Shown here piece after piece: positions 44,339 to 53,798 of a DNA stretch of 64,000 bases (positions are counted from its first letter, which is position 1; the number at the start of each line of letters is the position of its first letter). The DNA lies in IMG/VR virus record IMGVR_UViG_3300014043_000003, positions 5,850-69,849 of that record; one strand, written 5' to 3'. The stretch comes from a virus. Its lineage: Duplodnaviria; Heunggongvirae; Uroviricota; Caudoviricetes. The position numbers were made by a program, and so were the translations under genes. Under the pieces are notes generated by a model. That model searched no databases. It was not told the origin of the DNA and saw nothing but the letters and a program-made list of their open reading frames with translations.

Positions 44339-45180
44339 CAGGCACTCTCCTTTCTCTCCTCATTCATCTTGTGAATCAGTGTCCGGAAGTGGAAGCACTG
44401 AATGTTGTACCCGCCGGCGCCGATGGTCTTGACCTTGGCGGTCCCCTTCTTGCCGACAATGAATCCGTTCAGATCCCCGGAAGACCCTACCTTGAGGCCG
44501 GAGGCGTCCGTGATCTTCCCGGTGATCGCGTTCGTGCGCTCGATAATGAAGTCGTATTTCCTGTTGGCCTCTTCATCCAGATCCTTGCGCAGCCTCTCCA
44601 CGCCCTCCTCATAGCTGGAGCGTATGTAGTGCAGAGCATATTCCCACTCGCCGTCGCTGACCTTTACCTGCTTTTTCCGCGGGCAGCCGTACACAATAAC
44701 CTCCTGCTCCTCGAAGCGGCCGTAGAGCTTTTCGCGGTAGATCTCGTGGAGCTCCTTGAACGACTTCTCCAGATCCTTGTACTCCGGAGTACCCCACCCG
44801 GCGCGCTGCATGTCCTGATCTATCTCGCGCAACCGTGCGCGGAGCTCAAAGGCGGCCTTGATCGCCTTTTCGTACCACTCGAAGCAGTGCTTCTTCCACA
44901 GTTCGAGAAACTGGAGAATCGCCGGGACATTGCGGCTCGCTGCCTTCTCTTCCGCAGTGCGGAGCTGTTCCTGCCAGTCGGCCAGCGCCTTCCGGGCAAG
45001 GTCCAGATCGTTGAGCGTGTATCTCTTGTCGGACGGTCCGTAGTAGTACGGATTGTTCTCCTCCCAGCCGGAAGCCTCGGCCTTTTCGATCCGCTGGAGC
45101 TTGGCTTCGAGCTTGGCGATTTCCTTTTCCTTGCCCGCGATTCTCTTGCTGATGAAATCAATGCTTGCCATTCTGGTCAC
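44338..45180 (-). CDS. Hypothetical coiled-coil protein
   Basis: 280-aa ORF. Confidence 0.4.
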   Translation of the reverse strand: MTRMASIDFISKRIAGKEKEIAKLEAKLQRIEKAEASGWEENNPYYYGPSDKRYTLNDLDLARKALADWQEQLRTAEEKAASRNVPAILQFLELWKKHCFEWYEKAIKAAFELRARLREIDQDMQRAGWGTPEYKDLEKSFKELHEIYREKLYGRFEEQEVIVYGCPRKKQVKVSDGEWEYALHYIRSSYEEGVERLRKDLDEEANRKYDFIIERTNAITGKITDASGLKVGSSGDLNGFIVGKKGTAKVKTIGAGGYNIQCFHFRTLIHKMNEERKESA

Positions 45181-45431
45181 TCCTCCCCTTCTTCATGAGC
45201 TTCGATTACGCAATCGGCTCCGCGGTACGAGTACAGCACAACGCTCTCGTTGCCCGCTTCGTCGCGGCGGATCTCATACCTCTCACTTCTCTTGTGAGAG
45301 CCGTCGATCTCCATTGCATGAACCTTGAAATACACGCTGCGCTTGGAGACCTTCGAGACGGTCATATCGCTCCTGCCGCCTGAAAACCAGTCATAGTGAG
45401 CATACTGCTGACCAACGGAAAACTTCCTCAT
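45177..45431 (-). CDS. Small hypothetical protein
   Basis: 84-aa ORF. Confidence 0.3.
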   Translation of the reverse strand: MRKFSVGQQYAHYDWFSGGRSDMTVSKVSKRSVYFKVHAMEIDGSHKRSERYEIRRDEAGNESVVLYSYRGADCVIEAHEEGEE

Positions 45432-45450
45432 TGAGAAAACCTCCTTCTTT

Positions 45451-45693
45451 TCAAACGACAGTGCGGCGCCGCACCTTTACCTTGTGAATCCTGTCCACGA
45501 CCTCAAAGTGAATGTGCTCAAAAACGAGAGCTGAATAATCCTCCGGCTTCCCGGTCAGATACCCGCGGCGGATCATCCGTTCGCCAGCCTCGCAGACTTT
45601 TCCGTCATGCTCATGCCGGAACAGGGAATGAACCGCATTGTACCCGCGGGCCTCCTCCAGCCGAGCCCATTTCTCAGCCGTCACAAAGATCAT
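45451..45693 (-). CDS. Small hypothetical protein
   Basis: 80-aa ORF. Confidence 0.3.
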   Translation of the reverse strand: MIFVTAEKWARLEEARGYNAVHSLFRHEHDGKVCEAGERMIRRGYLTGKPEDYSALVFEHIHFEVVDRIHKVKVRRRTVV

Positions 45694-45709
45694 CGTGTCA
45701 CGCTCCTCC

Positions 45710-45916
45710 TCAGTGCTTGGCGCACCATTCGGCGCCCATCGTATTGATCACCGCGGGATTCGTTCTCCCGCGAATCGTTCTCTTTGCATTCGCAAGACCT
45801 GTGACCGTTACCTCCGCCCATCCAGGAACCGTAAACGTATAGGCGGTTTGCTTTCCTTCTTTCACGACGCGGCATTCGATACCGTAGATCTTTTCGGTCC
45901 ATTCCACTTTCTCCAC
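45710..45916 (-). CDS. Small hypothetical protein
   Basis: 68-aa ORF downstream of the promoter at 45982-46010. Confidence 0.3.
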   Translation of the reverse strand: MEKVEWTEKIYGIECRVVKEGKQTAYTFTVPGWAEVTVTGLANAKRTIRGRTNPAVINTMGAEWCAKH

Positions 45917-45981
45917 CGCGTTCTCCTTTCGTCAAGCCGCGAACCGCGCAGCGCCGGTGCCGGGCCTCTCCCAGCATCGTA

Positions 45982-46038
45982 ATTATACACTATTAGTAGT
46001 GCGTTATCAAGTGTAATTATGCACAATTATTTGTGCTT
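45982..46038 (-). promoter_or_regulatory. Minus-strand consensus promoter (TTGATA-N17-TATAAT) with the palindrome GCACAATTATTTGTGC immediately upstream of the -35 element
   Basis: On the minus strand this reads TTGATAacgcactactaatagtgTATAAT. On the + strand the TATCAA is at 46005-46010 and the ATTATA at 45982-45987. The 20-mer ATGCACAATTATTTGTGCTT at 46019-46038 is repeated exactly at 49126-49145. Confidence 0.5.
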
Positions 46039-46253
46039 TTGCTTGTTGAAAAATGCCGCTTCTTTGCGAGTGCGGCGTAGTAGGCGCGGCGGATGCCGGT
46101 GACCTCGCACACATCATACATGGCGTCCGGATCTATGCGGCGTCTGATCGCTTCCCCCGCCGCATCGGCAGCGGCGTAATTTGGGAAAAAGCCGACCTCT
46201 GTGTGCTTCTCAGATCCACCGTTGGGAAATACGTCTATTCTAAACATGGTCAT
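46017..46253 (-). CDS. Small hypothetical protein
   Basis: 78-aa ORF. Confidence 0.3.
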   Translation of the reverse strand: MTMFRIDVFPNGGSEKHTEVGFFPNYAAADAAGEAIRRRIDPDAMYDVCEVTGIRRAYYAALAKKRHFSTSKSTNNCA

Positions 46254-46270
46254 GAGTTGCTGTCCTCCCT

Positions 46271-46579
46271 TTATTCAATGTACAGGGCTTTCGACAGCCC
46301 CTCCAGATGCTGAAGCTCGCGCTTGAAAGCCTTCTGATTCTTCATGTAGTCGTCAAACTGATAGAGGATGTTTTTGATTGTGCCGGTGACATCAACGACG
46401 CGCCTGGTGTACTAGTTTACGATCTCTTCTTTGGCGTCTTCCTCTTTCTTCCCGACCACCATATCGAGGAGATCAAGCACGTCATCGCCGCACCCGTCTC
46501 TAATGATGGTGCGAAGCATGTCCTCAGCATTGCTCTCAGAAATGAGCTCATGGGTCCCGTTTTTAAGGCAAATGTGCAT
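46271..46579 (-). pseudogene. Small gene interrupted by a single in-frame amber (TAG) codon
   Basis: A GGGAGG ribosome-binding site precedes the ATG at 46579. The two halves are in the same frame and both look protein-like (MHICLKNGTHELISESNAEDMLRTIIRDGCGDDVLDLLDMVVGKKEEDAKEEIVN * YTRRVVDVTGTIKNILYQFDDYMKNQKAFKRELQHLEGLSKALYIE). The TAG is at 46412-46414 (read on the minus strand). Confidence 0.4.
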
Positions 46580-46611
46580 GTTTTCTATCCTCCCACAGTG
46601 TTGTTTGTTTT

Positions 46612-46809
46612 TTAGCTCCAGGTTATCTCGTACGGCGTTTCATTTCGATGCTGCGCAGATCGGAGAAAAAGGCGCTCTTCTGACGGCAGCGCCATTTCCG
46701 GATACTTGCAGAGGTACGGGCCGCGGCTGTCCCTATACACAACAGAATATAGGTGCTGCACCTTCCGGTATCTGACGGAGATGATGGTAAGGCCCTCGGC
46801 TCTGATCAT
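46612..46809 (-). CDS. Small hypothetical protein
   Basis: 65-aa ORF. Confidence 0.3.
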   Translation of the reverse strand: MIRAEGLTIISVRYRKVQHLYSVVYRDSRGPYLCKYPEMALPSEERLFLRSAQHRNETPYEITWS

Positions 46810-47009
46810 GCCGTCATCCTCTGGCCGTCCTCGCGCTCCACGTCCTTCATAACGGCCATGTACAGGTCAACACCGTACTTATCCCGGATATCCTCCAGCT
46901 TCTTCGGATCGAAGATCATGATCATCGGATCAAAGACAATGGGCTCCGGCAGCCTTGCCTTTTCCACTTCCTTGCGGCACTCATCATATCCGGCGATTTT
47001 CTTTGTCAT
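46806..47009 (-). CDS. Small hypothetical protein
   Basis: 67-aa ORF. Confidence 0.3.
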   Translation of the reverse strand: MTKKIAGYDECRKEVEKARLPEPIVFDPMIMIFDPKKLEDIRDKYGVDLYMAVMKDVEREDGQRMTA

Positions 47010-47035
47010 TTTCTCTCTCGGCCTCCTGATTTATA

Positions 47036-47236
47036 TTATTTTTTGGCACCTTCACGACGGCGGACCTTTACCTTTACTGCGGCCGGCGCCTTTGCCCCCG
47101 GCCAGGTGTCTTCCTCCAGCGCGCGGGCGCAGGCGCTCTCATATATCCTTGTGGGGATGCCAAGCTCTCTGGCAAGAACAGTGGTCGATTTCCTCGGATT
47201 CTTGAAGCGGTGTATCATTATCTCTCGGTCAGTCAT
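47036..47236 (-). CDS. Small sigma-70 region-4-like HTH protein (possible late-gene regulator)
   Basis: MTDREIMIHRFKNPRKSTTVLARELGIPTRIYESACARALE resembles a sigma region 4 / LuxR-type HTH. Start taken at MTDRE. Confidence 0.4.
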   Translation of the reverse strand: MTDREIMIHRFKNPRKSTTVLARELGIPTRIYESACARALEEDTWPGAKAPAAVKVKVRRREGAKK

Positions 47237-47258
47237 AGTCAAGCCTCCCTCCGACGGC

Positions 47259-48629
47259 TTAGGCATTTGCGGCGGCCACAAACTCACTGATGGCCTTTTC
47301 CGCGGCGTCATTCCACGGCGCTGCGTTGGTAGCCGGCTTTTCGGCCGGATACTCCACCTTGCAGCGCGTGAGCTCGGTCTGCTTGATGCCTTTGTACTCT
47401 TTCAGCTCTTTGACCTTACCGGTGATCGTCGCGCCGACGATTCTCCTGTCATTGACCCAGTTACTTGTCTTCCAGGTGCATTCATGGCCCTCGGTATCCG
47501 TGAACTTGTAGACGAAGGTGCTTCCCCACTGAGTATCCCAGCTCGTAATCACGCGGAAATCCGAGACAGTGAAGGAGACCCTGTCTCCCACATCGCCAAG
47601 CCAAGAGCTTTTGGCCCTTGCCTCGGCCTCCTTGGCCTCTCGGTCGCGTCTCTCGGCCTCAAGCTCAAGCTCCCGATCATAAGCCGGGAAGGCAGAGACA
47701 AGCAGCCCCAGCTTCCACGAATCGCAGTAGTCGAGAGAGCAGACGACTTTCAGATTGTGGCAGTAGTTGTCGTCGCGTTCGTTCTCGGTGATCCACTTTT
47801 TGACCGTGGCGGCCAGCTCCACGCTCTCTTTCCTTTTGATGTCAAAGCCACGGCTCACCGCCTCGTCATACATTTCAAGGATCTCTTTGGCGCACGGACC
47901 GAGGCGCATGCCGTACTCCACCCGGTAAAGATCTTCGGCGCGCGATGCCGTCGGGATCGCCTCGCCGTCACGCTTTGCATACCCGTAAATACGGATCGTC
48001 TCGGCTGCAACCGTCAGGAAGTCATCGGTCTTGAAATAGCTCTTGCCGCCGATGAAGTTGCCGTCGTACTCGCTCTCCTCTTCGCAAATCTTGAAGAAGC
48101 TCTCAAACTGCGCCACGTTTTCAGCACTCAGCCCGCCGGTGAAGTCACGCAAGCAGGAAGATCCGACCTGCTTAAACTCTCCACTCTCTTCATTGAAGAC
48201 GATGAAGCTGGACCGGCGGCCGCGGCTTCTCTGGCAATGCTCGCACCACGGCTCGCAAGTGTAGTAGCGGCTCGGAATTTCGAGGCCTTCCACGCCATTG
48301 ATGATATTGCCCTTGTCAGTGAAGTCCAGAGTGGCGGCGAAGCGCCAGCCGTTCACCGCAGCCTTTCCCTCCACCTCAATGTCGATGAAATGGACGGTCT
48401 CCGTGTAAGCTCTGTCCGGCCCTACCGGATTCTTCACCGGGAAGGTGATTTCCTCGTAGTGATCGCCGACGCGCTCATACCGGAATTCGCACCCGTACTT
48501 GGCGCATTTGTTCCGGATTTTCGTCAGCTTCTTCTCCAGAGCCTCAATATTGTCTTCAGGAATAGCGAATTTCATCTCTTTCAGGCACTCTCCTTCCTTG
48601 CCGTTTGCCAACGTGCTATCAGTCGTCAA
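47259..48629 (-). CDS. Large hypothetical protein (456 aa)
   Basis: Clean ORF with no recognisable motif. Confidence 0.45.
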   Translation of the reverse strand: MTTDSTLANGKEGECLKEMKFAIPEDNIEALEKKLTKIRNKCAKYGCEFRYERVGDHYEEITFPVKNPVGPDRAYTETVHFIDIEVEGKAAVNGWRFAATLDFTDKGNIINGVEGLEIPSRYYTCEPWCEHCQRSRGRRSSFIVFNEESGEFKQVGSSCLRDFTGGLSAENVAQFESFFKICEEESEYDGNFIGGKSYFKTDDFLTVAAETIRIYGYAKRDGEAIPTASRAEDLYRVEYGMRLGPCAKEILEMYDEAVSRGFDIKRKESVELAATVKKWITENERDDNYCHNLKVVCSLDYCDSWKLGLLVSAFPAYDRELELEAERRDREAKEAEARAKSSWLGDVGDRVSFTVSDFRVITSWDTQWGSTFVYKFTDTEGHECTWKTSNWVNDRRIVGATITGKVKELKEYKGIKQTELTRCKVEYPAEKPATNAAPWNDAAEKAISEFVAAANA

Positions 48630-48882
48630 ATTCGATCTGCCGGACCTCTCGCGCCGCAGATTTAAGGCGCTCTACCGCATTCTTGGCGTAAGGATACATT
48701 TTCTCGGTCTCCTTCGCCTTGTCCTCCAGGTAATCAGCAACGACGCCGATGATCGCGTCTTCTCCATCACCAAGATAACGGTCCTCCAGATACTTGCTAA
48801 ATCTTTTCATTCGCTGCATCTCCTCTATATCTTCCCAGCTTTTATTAACTCGTTCGTGAGCTTCACGGTCTTGCTCAGCCAC
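48619..48882 (-). CDS. Small hypothetical protein
   Basis: 87-aa ORF. Confidence 0.3.
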   Translation of the reverse strand: MAEQDREAHERVNKSWEDIEEMQRMKRFSKYLEDRYLGDGEDAIIGVVADYLEDKAKETEKMYPYAKNAVERLKSAAREVRQIEFDD

Positions 48883-49037
48883 ATGTCAGCATCATGCCGA
48901 TTGTAAAACCCGCGCTTGACGCAGGTCGTTCCGTCTTTCGTGAAAACCCCATACTCAAACTGATTCTCCTGATTAAGAAGACGTCTGCCGGTACGCCAGC
49001 TCTTAATCACGAACTGATTCTTGAAAACCTTTTTCAC
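48825..49037 (-). CDS. Small hypothetical protein
   Basis: 70-aa ORF downstream of the promoter at 49089-49117. Confidence 0.3.
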   Translation of the reverse strand: MKKVFKNQFVIKSWRTGRRLLNQENQFEYGVFTKDGTTCVKRGFYNRHDADMWLSKTVKLTNELIKAGKI

Positions 49038-49088
49038 AGCTTTCGCCTCCTGACTTCAAGACATTTGTAAATGCCTCTCAGCATCTTT

Positions 49089-49145
49089 AATATACCATGT
49101 GCCATTCGTTTTTTCAACTGTAAATATGCACAATTATTTGTGCTT
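49089..49145 (-). promoter_or_regulatory. Minus-strand promoter (TTGAAA-N17-TATATT) with the same GCACAATTATTTGTGC palindrome just upstream of the -35 element
   Basis: On the + strand the TTTCAA is at 49112-49117 and the AATATA at 49089-49094. The 20-mer ATGCACAATTATTTGTGCTT at 49126-49145 is identical to 46019-46038. Confidence 0.5.
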
Positions 49146-49177
49146 GGTTTTGTTTGTTTTATCCTTCCCAATAACAA

Positions 49178-49215
49178 AAAAAGTCCCGCCACAGTGCTTA
49201 ACTATGGCGGGACTT
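49178..49215 (-). terminator. Rho-independent terminator (bidirectional hairpin) downstream of the membrane-protein gene
   Basis: AAAAAAAGTCCCGCC-acagtgcttaactat-GGCGGGACTT. On the minus strand the stem is followed by a T-run. Confidence 0.6.
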
Positions 49216-49244
49216 ATCATGTATGTTGAATTATCAGGTAAAAA

Positions 49245-50351
49245 TCAGCCGAGCATACTGTTCAACTTATTGGCAAACTCAGCGCCTTTGTTATAGTAGA
49301 AATCTTCGCTCGCTGTTTCGGATGCTGAGAACATATCGACATTGTCTTTATCCGTGTAGATCATATCGACCAGGGGGATCTCATACTTTTCCTTTACGTC
49401 AGCGCCGATGTCGGAGCCAAGGATGCCGGTTCCTTTGGCGTAAACCTTGACTGTGCTGAGGCCAGCGCCAGTGGCATAGACCGTAATATAGTCGCCAGCC
49501 ATAAGCCGCGGTTCACGAAGCTCTCGCTTGTCGTGGACGCCTATCTCTCCTCCATTATAGGTGGCGAAGATGTTTCCAACAGTGAGAAGGCCGTCAGCCT
49601 CGACATTGTCTACATAGAGGTAGAGCTTCAGGGCCTTGCCTTTATAGGTATCAGGATAGCGGCGAAGATCATCATGCGAGACCTCAACGGCAGATGCAAT
49701 GAAGTCTTCACGGGCCTTTACCTTGGCTGCTCTTACCGCTGCTTCATACTCCGAAACCAGAGCCACATAATCCGACGGCGCTTCTGTTCCATACCAGAGG
49801 ACTTCGGCATTGGTGATCGAAGCATATCCGTACTTCACCTCAGCCATACCGCGCACAGTGGCAAAAGCGATGTCATTTTTCTTCTTGTAGAGAGATTCGT
49901 CATTTGTCTCGATGCGAAGCTCGCTCTTGATGCGGTCTCTTACCGTAAATCTGCCAGACGTGTTGACTTCCTTGACGGGGACAGTCATTTCAACGATCTT
50001 GCCCTCATACGATCCGAAGTCTTTAGACAGATCAACATAAAAAACAGGGATGGCGGGAGTTTGAGTCGGTTCTGGTGTTTCGACCGCGGCTGGAGTCTCA
50101 CTGGCTTTTACGGGAGCCGCCGTAGCTTCGGGCGCGTCAATCTTCTGTTCACTTGTTGGCTCTACCGTGATAAGAGACATGGCTATCAGCAGAGCCGCAG
50201 AGATCACAATGGATATGCCGCCTCTCTTGAAGCGAGATTTTGCAAGGTCTTTGTTCTTTCTCAATGACGCTATGCCTTTGAAGCACTGTACAATGGCATA
50301 GACAAGGACTGCGAGGGATGCAAGGAACATAACAAGGGTCAATGCAGCCAT
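49245..50351 (-). CDS. Membrane-anchored hypothetical protein (368 aa)
   Basis: Two N-terminal transmembrane segments followed by a Pro/Ala/Thr-rich linker and a large extracellular domain. Confidence 0.45.
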   Translation of the reverse strand: MAALTLVMFLASLAVLVYAIVQCFKGIASLRKNKDLAKSRFKRGGISIVISAALLIAMSLITVEPTSEQKIDAPEATAAPVKASETPAAVETPEPTQTPAIPVFYVDLSKDFGSYEGKIVEMTVPVKEVNTSGRFTVRDRIKSELRIETNDESLYKKKNDIAFATVRGMAEVKYGYASITNAEVLWYGTEAPSDYVALVSEYEAAVRAAKVKAREDFIASAVEVSHDDLRRYPDTYKGKALKLYLYVDNVEADGLLTVGNIFATYNGGEIGVHDKRELREPRLMAGDYITVYATGAGLSTVKVYAKGTGILGSDIGADVKEKYEIPLVDMIYTDKDNVDMFSASETASEDFYYNKGAEFANKLNSMLG

Positions 50352-50426
50352 CAGCTTTTCCTCCTATGTAGTTTTTTGCAATTGACAAACACATGATACA
50401 GTCAGCGGTTTTTTATGTCAAGACGC

Positions 50427-50470
50427 AAAAAATCCCCCGACAAGGCGCGAAGCCAAGCCGGGGGACCACA
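50427..50470 (-). terminator. Rho-independent terminator downstream of the holin-like gene
   Basis: AAAAAATCCCCCG...CGGGGGA. On the minus strand the stem is followed by TTTTTT. Confidence 0.5.
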
Positions 50471-50561
50471 ATCTATAGCGCCGCCGCTTTTCGTGCAGTG
50501 CAGGGGAACACCGCTCGACGGCGCTGCCAAAACGGGTGGAGGTCTTACCCGTGATAGCCGC

Positions 50562-51056
50562 TTAGTTTTCTTTCTTCGTCACGAGCAGCGTGACGAGAGC
50601 TTCGATGATCTGCTGCTGAGTCATTCCTGCGGTTTCAATTCCGAAGCCGCTTGCAAAGGATCGGAGCCCGACGAGGCTGAAGGATGACAAGCCCTCCACA
50701 AGGTCATGGGCCAGCTCTTCAGTGGTCTCCTTGTAGGGGTCTTCTGGCGCGTTTTCCTTTTTGGAGTTGATATAAGCGTTCGTGTATTTCTTCATGTAAT
50801 CGTAGATTTTCTGCGCCAGGATCTGAAGCACAGCCTTGTTCAGAATCTGGCGGAAGGGCGCGGGAATCATATCGTACAGCCAGTCCACGACGAGAGCCAT
50901 TTTTTCCGGTCCGAGAAGGCCGGTTTCTTCGGCGTTGGCGATTAGGCTGGATGCCGCGGCAGCGGCATTGCCCTTTGTCTTGCAATACAGTCCCCACACG
51001 AAAATGCCGACATTCAGGATGATGGAGACTATGAGGATGATCTTGTCTGCGTTCAT
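50562..51056 (-). CDS. Holin-like protein (LL-H family-like)
   Basis: MNADKIILIVSIILNVGIFVWGLY.. N-terminal transmembrane segment, amphipathic remainder, adjacent to the endolysin. Confidence 0.5.
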   Translation of the reverse strand: MNADKIILIVSIILNVGIFVWGLYCKTKGNAAAAASSLIANAEETGLLGPEKMALVVDWLYDMIPAPFRQILNKAVLQILAQKIYDYMKKYTNAYINSKKENAPEDPYKETTEELAHDLVEGLSSFSLVGLRSFASGFGIETAGMTQQQIIEALVTLLVTKKEN

Positions 51057-51203
51057 TGTATTTTCCTTTCCGGGAGTCATGCACTCCCCTGCTCAAATTT
51101 CGCGTTTGGGACGGTTTTATGGCATTTTGCCGCCGAGTGTGAAAAGATACCCGGCGGCAAATTTGCCACTTTCTACGGCAAGTAGATGAATTCGGCGGTA
51201 TCT

Positions 51204-51551
51204 TTACAGCTTGAGTGAGGTGTCGAGATCCTCCGTATCCTCGGAGGGGGCTCGGTCTTTCGACAGAATCTTGAATACCGAATCGGCGTCCCGTCCGTAG
51301 ACACGCCTCAGCTTTATCATGTTCTCGCACTTGGCTTTCCACAGGTAGGCCAAAATTATTACCATAGCAAGCTTCTCAGAGCTGTCGATGGCATCAGAAA
51401 CGACCATGGAATCGACGGTTATGATGCCGAATATCAGAGCATAGACGAACACGACCACCCAGGAAGCCGAGATGATCCCGACGATGATCTTCGAGTATTC
51501 AAACTTCTTCTCCTTGATAGGGACGGGCTCATTCTTTTTCTGCTCCTCCAT
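51204..51551 (-). CDS. Holin-like membrane protein
   Basis: Two transmembrane segments (IIVGIISASWVVVFVYALIFGIITV; LAMVIILAYLW) and a charged C-terminus. It lies directly downstream of the endolysin. Confidence 0.5.
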   Translation of the reverse strand: MEEQKKNEPVPIKEKKFEYSKIIVGIISASWVVVFVYALIFGIITVDSMVVSDAIDSSEKLAMVIILAYLWKAKCENMIKLRRVYGRDADSVFKILSKDRAPSEDTEDLDTSLKL

Positions 51552-51552
51552 G

Positions 51553-53199
51553 TTAGATCGCCTCCAGGTCCTCTTCGTTCACCCAGCCCATGACATTGGA
51601 GCCTCCGAGAAGGATGCGCACCACGTAGTACGGGTGCTTCGCCCCGGCACTCACCTTGGAGACCTTCGCTTTTCCGGGAGTGCAGGTGCGGCTCCGGTCA
51701 GACTGTGCGCTCGTGTATTGTTTCTTCCCGTAAAACATGACCTTGTCTCCGGCCTTGAATCTGAGCTTCTTGACGGAGGGAGCGGACGGCTTGGCAGAGG
51801 CTACGGCTGGTTTAGCGGTGGCTTTCTCTGCGTCAGCCTCGCTCTTCATGGCCTTGAAGGTCTGAGTACCGAAGTAGCCGCACTCGCCAAGATTGCGGTC
51901 TTTCTGGTATTGCTTGAGAGCAGCGAGGGTGTTGTCGCCGAACTCGCCATCTACTCCGTCAGGTCCAAGATCGTATCCTGCGGCTTTCAGACGCTCCTGC
52001 ATGAGAGCGACCTGTTCTCCGGTGTCGCCGAGCTTCAGTATCATTTTGATGTTGCCGTTTACATTGACATTGATTGTGGTCTGCACAGGGCCGCCAGAGT
52101 TGCTTGCGCCGGCGGCAAGCTCCCACAGAGGACGGCCATATCCGGCGATGTAACCGCTATTGATGTCGTACTGACGGCGGGCTACGCGATCAGAGCTGTT
52201 GCCTTCGATGGTCGTGACGGTATTGCCATCAACGCTCTCGACAATTCCGGTATGATTGATCTGACCGGAATCGTCAAAAAAGAAAATCTGGTCGCCTGGC
52301 TGGGGATCGCGTGTCCAGCGGCCGGCGGCCTTGTAGTATTGCGCAGAGTAAGAGCATCCAGCTCCGGCACTGTTCTGTGGCTGGCAGAGCATACGCATTG
52401 CCAGGTCAGCGCCGAAACAGGTCTTGAACAGCCAGTCGTAGAAAACGTCGCACCATGCAAAGCCCTGTTTCTTTCCGTTGTAGAATGTAGGTTCGGCGTC
52501 CAGATCGCGGGCATACTTTGTAAAATTGCCGGAACCTGCATTGCCGTCCTTTACGTCAAGGGCCTGATTGTTGGCTTTCTCGCGGTAGTTTACCTCGCTC
52601 TTTGCCAAGGCGAGCACCTTTCCGATGGCGGCCTCGACACCGCTTGTCTGGCTTTGCTGCTGGGTGTCCTCTTCTTCATTGAGGGCGCCACTGGCTTCAA
52701 GCGCTTGAGCTTGTTTGAGCCATTCCTGGGCAAAGCCGTAGCGCTCGATCATGTTCTGCTCCTTCTCGTCAGGGTTTTCCCATTTGTCCAGCAAGAGCCA
52801 TGTGAGAGCGTATAGATCATGGCTTGTGCAGAGCTGCGCCCAGATGCCGGGGAACTTTTTGTAGAGCTCCCACAGAATATAGGCAGTCTGATTATCCAGA
52901 TCACCGATGGACTGCTTTCTGATCTGCGTGAAATTCCAGAAGGCTGTTTTGCGGTCAGAATGGGTAAGCTGTATGAGTCCATACCCGATTTCGTCAGTGC
53001 AGAAGTCTCCATAGGTTCCGTTGTCAACGGCCCAAGTGTAATCGTCGTCTGTCCAGCCGCAGCCGTCTTGGACGTTGTTGACTATGAAACGGCTTTCCTT
53101 TTGGATCTGTGCAAGTGAGGAACAGGCCCCCTCGATGGTCATTCCGGCCTTGCGAAATGCCCGGTACAGATAACCGGCAACGGTTTTCACTTCGCTCAT
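51553..53199 (-). CDS. Endolysin: N-terminal lysozyme-like domain, CHAP peptidase domain, PG_binding_1 domain and SH3-like C-terminus
   Basis: CHAP Cys...His (..FAWCDVFYDWL....INHTGIV), the PG-binding repeat LKLGDTGEQVALMQERLKAAGYDLGPDGVDGEFGDNTLAALKQYQ, and C-terminal ..KHPYYVVRILLGGSNVMGWV. Confidence 0.75.
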   Translation of the reverse strand: MSEVKTVAGYLYRAFRKAGMTIEGACSSLAQIQKESRFIVNNVQDGCGWTDDDYTWAVDNGTYGDFCTDEIGYGLIQLTHSDRKTAFWNFTQIRKQSIGDLDNQTAYILWELYKKFPGIWAQLCTSHDLYALTWLLLDKWENPDEKEQNMIERYGFAQEWLKQAQALEASGALNEEEDTQQQSQTSGVEAAIGKVLALAKSEVNYREKANNQALDVKDGNAGSGNFTKYARDLDAEPTFYNGKKQGFAWCDVFYDWLFKTCFGADLAMRMLCQPQNSAGAGCSYSAQYYKAAGRWTRDPQPGDQIFFFDDSGQINHTGIVESVDGNTVTTIEGNSSDRVARRQYDINSGYIAGYGRPLWELAAGASNSGGPVQTTINVNVNGNIKMILKLGDTGEQVALMQERLKAAGYDLGPDGVDGEFGDNTLAALKQYQKDRNLGECGYFGTQTFKAMKSEADAEKATAKPAVASAKPSAPSVKKLRFKAGDKVMFYGKKQYTSAQSDRSRTCTPGKAKVSKVSAGAKHPYYVVRILLGGSNVMGWVNEEDLEAI

Positions 53200-53361
53200 T
53201 CTTCGATTTCCTCCTCTCTTTCTGTATTGTCGATTGCTTTCTTCACAGCGTCATTGACGGTCGGCCCATGTGCAATAACGCTATTGTCCTTCAAATTGAT
53301 GATTTTCCAGACGAGGATGCCGCCAATATAAGATGGCTCAGCTTTGATTCCGTCTCCCATG
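53198..53361 (-). CDS. Small hypothetical protein (54 aa) upstream of the endolysin
   Basis: MGDGIKAEPSYIGGILVWKIINLK... The stop overlaps the endolysin ATG. Not in the track. Confidence 0.3.
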
Positions 53362-53363
53362 GA

Positions 53364-53687
53364 TTAGGTAATCACATCCCACTTCCGGACTTCTTTTTCA
53401 ATGTCGTCAATGAAGCTGTTTCCGCCGAGAGCTTTGTACGCGGCGTAGCTATACAAGAAATTTTCTTTCTCATACTGGCGTATCTTGTCCTCCTCGCGGT
53501 GGCGGTAGTATGTTCTCAACATGTCAGAACGGAGCTGGCACTTGTTTGCTTCTCTGACATCTTTCAGCCCGAAGAGTCGTTCTCTCACTGGCTTCACAAT
53601 GAGCGCAATAAACGCAAGGACGCTCATGACGTGGCTGAGAACTTTTGCGACTTCGTCAAGGCCGTCGATAATGGTCTGAAAATCCAT
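53364..53687 (-). CDS. Hypothetical protein with an N-terminal transmembrane helix
   Basis: 107-aa ORF. Confidence 0.4.
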   Translation of the reverse strand: MDFQTIIDGLDEVAKVLSHVMSVLAFIALIVKPVRERLFGLKDVREANKCQLRSDMLRTYYRHREEDKIRQYEKENFLYSYAAYKALGGNSFIDDIEKEVRKWDVIT

Positions 53688-53798
53688 ATCTTTTTTCCTC
53701 CTGAGATGGTTTCGACCGCGAGGCTTTTCGTAATATAGCGGCCGACTGCCTATGATTTTTTATTCTGGTAAGGGCATTTACGCCCATACCAGAATCTT

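Noticed and set aside
47043-48665. 540-aa + strand ORF
   Set aside because: It is antisense to the 456-aa minus-strand gene in a region where all genes run minus, and has no ribosome-binding site.
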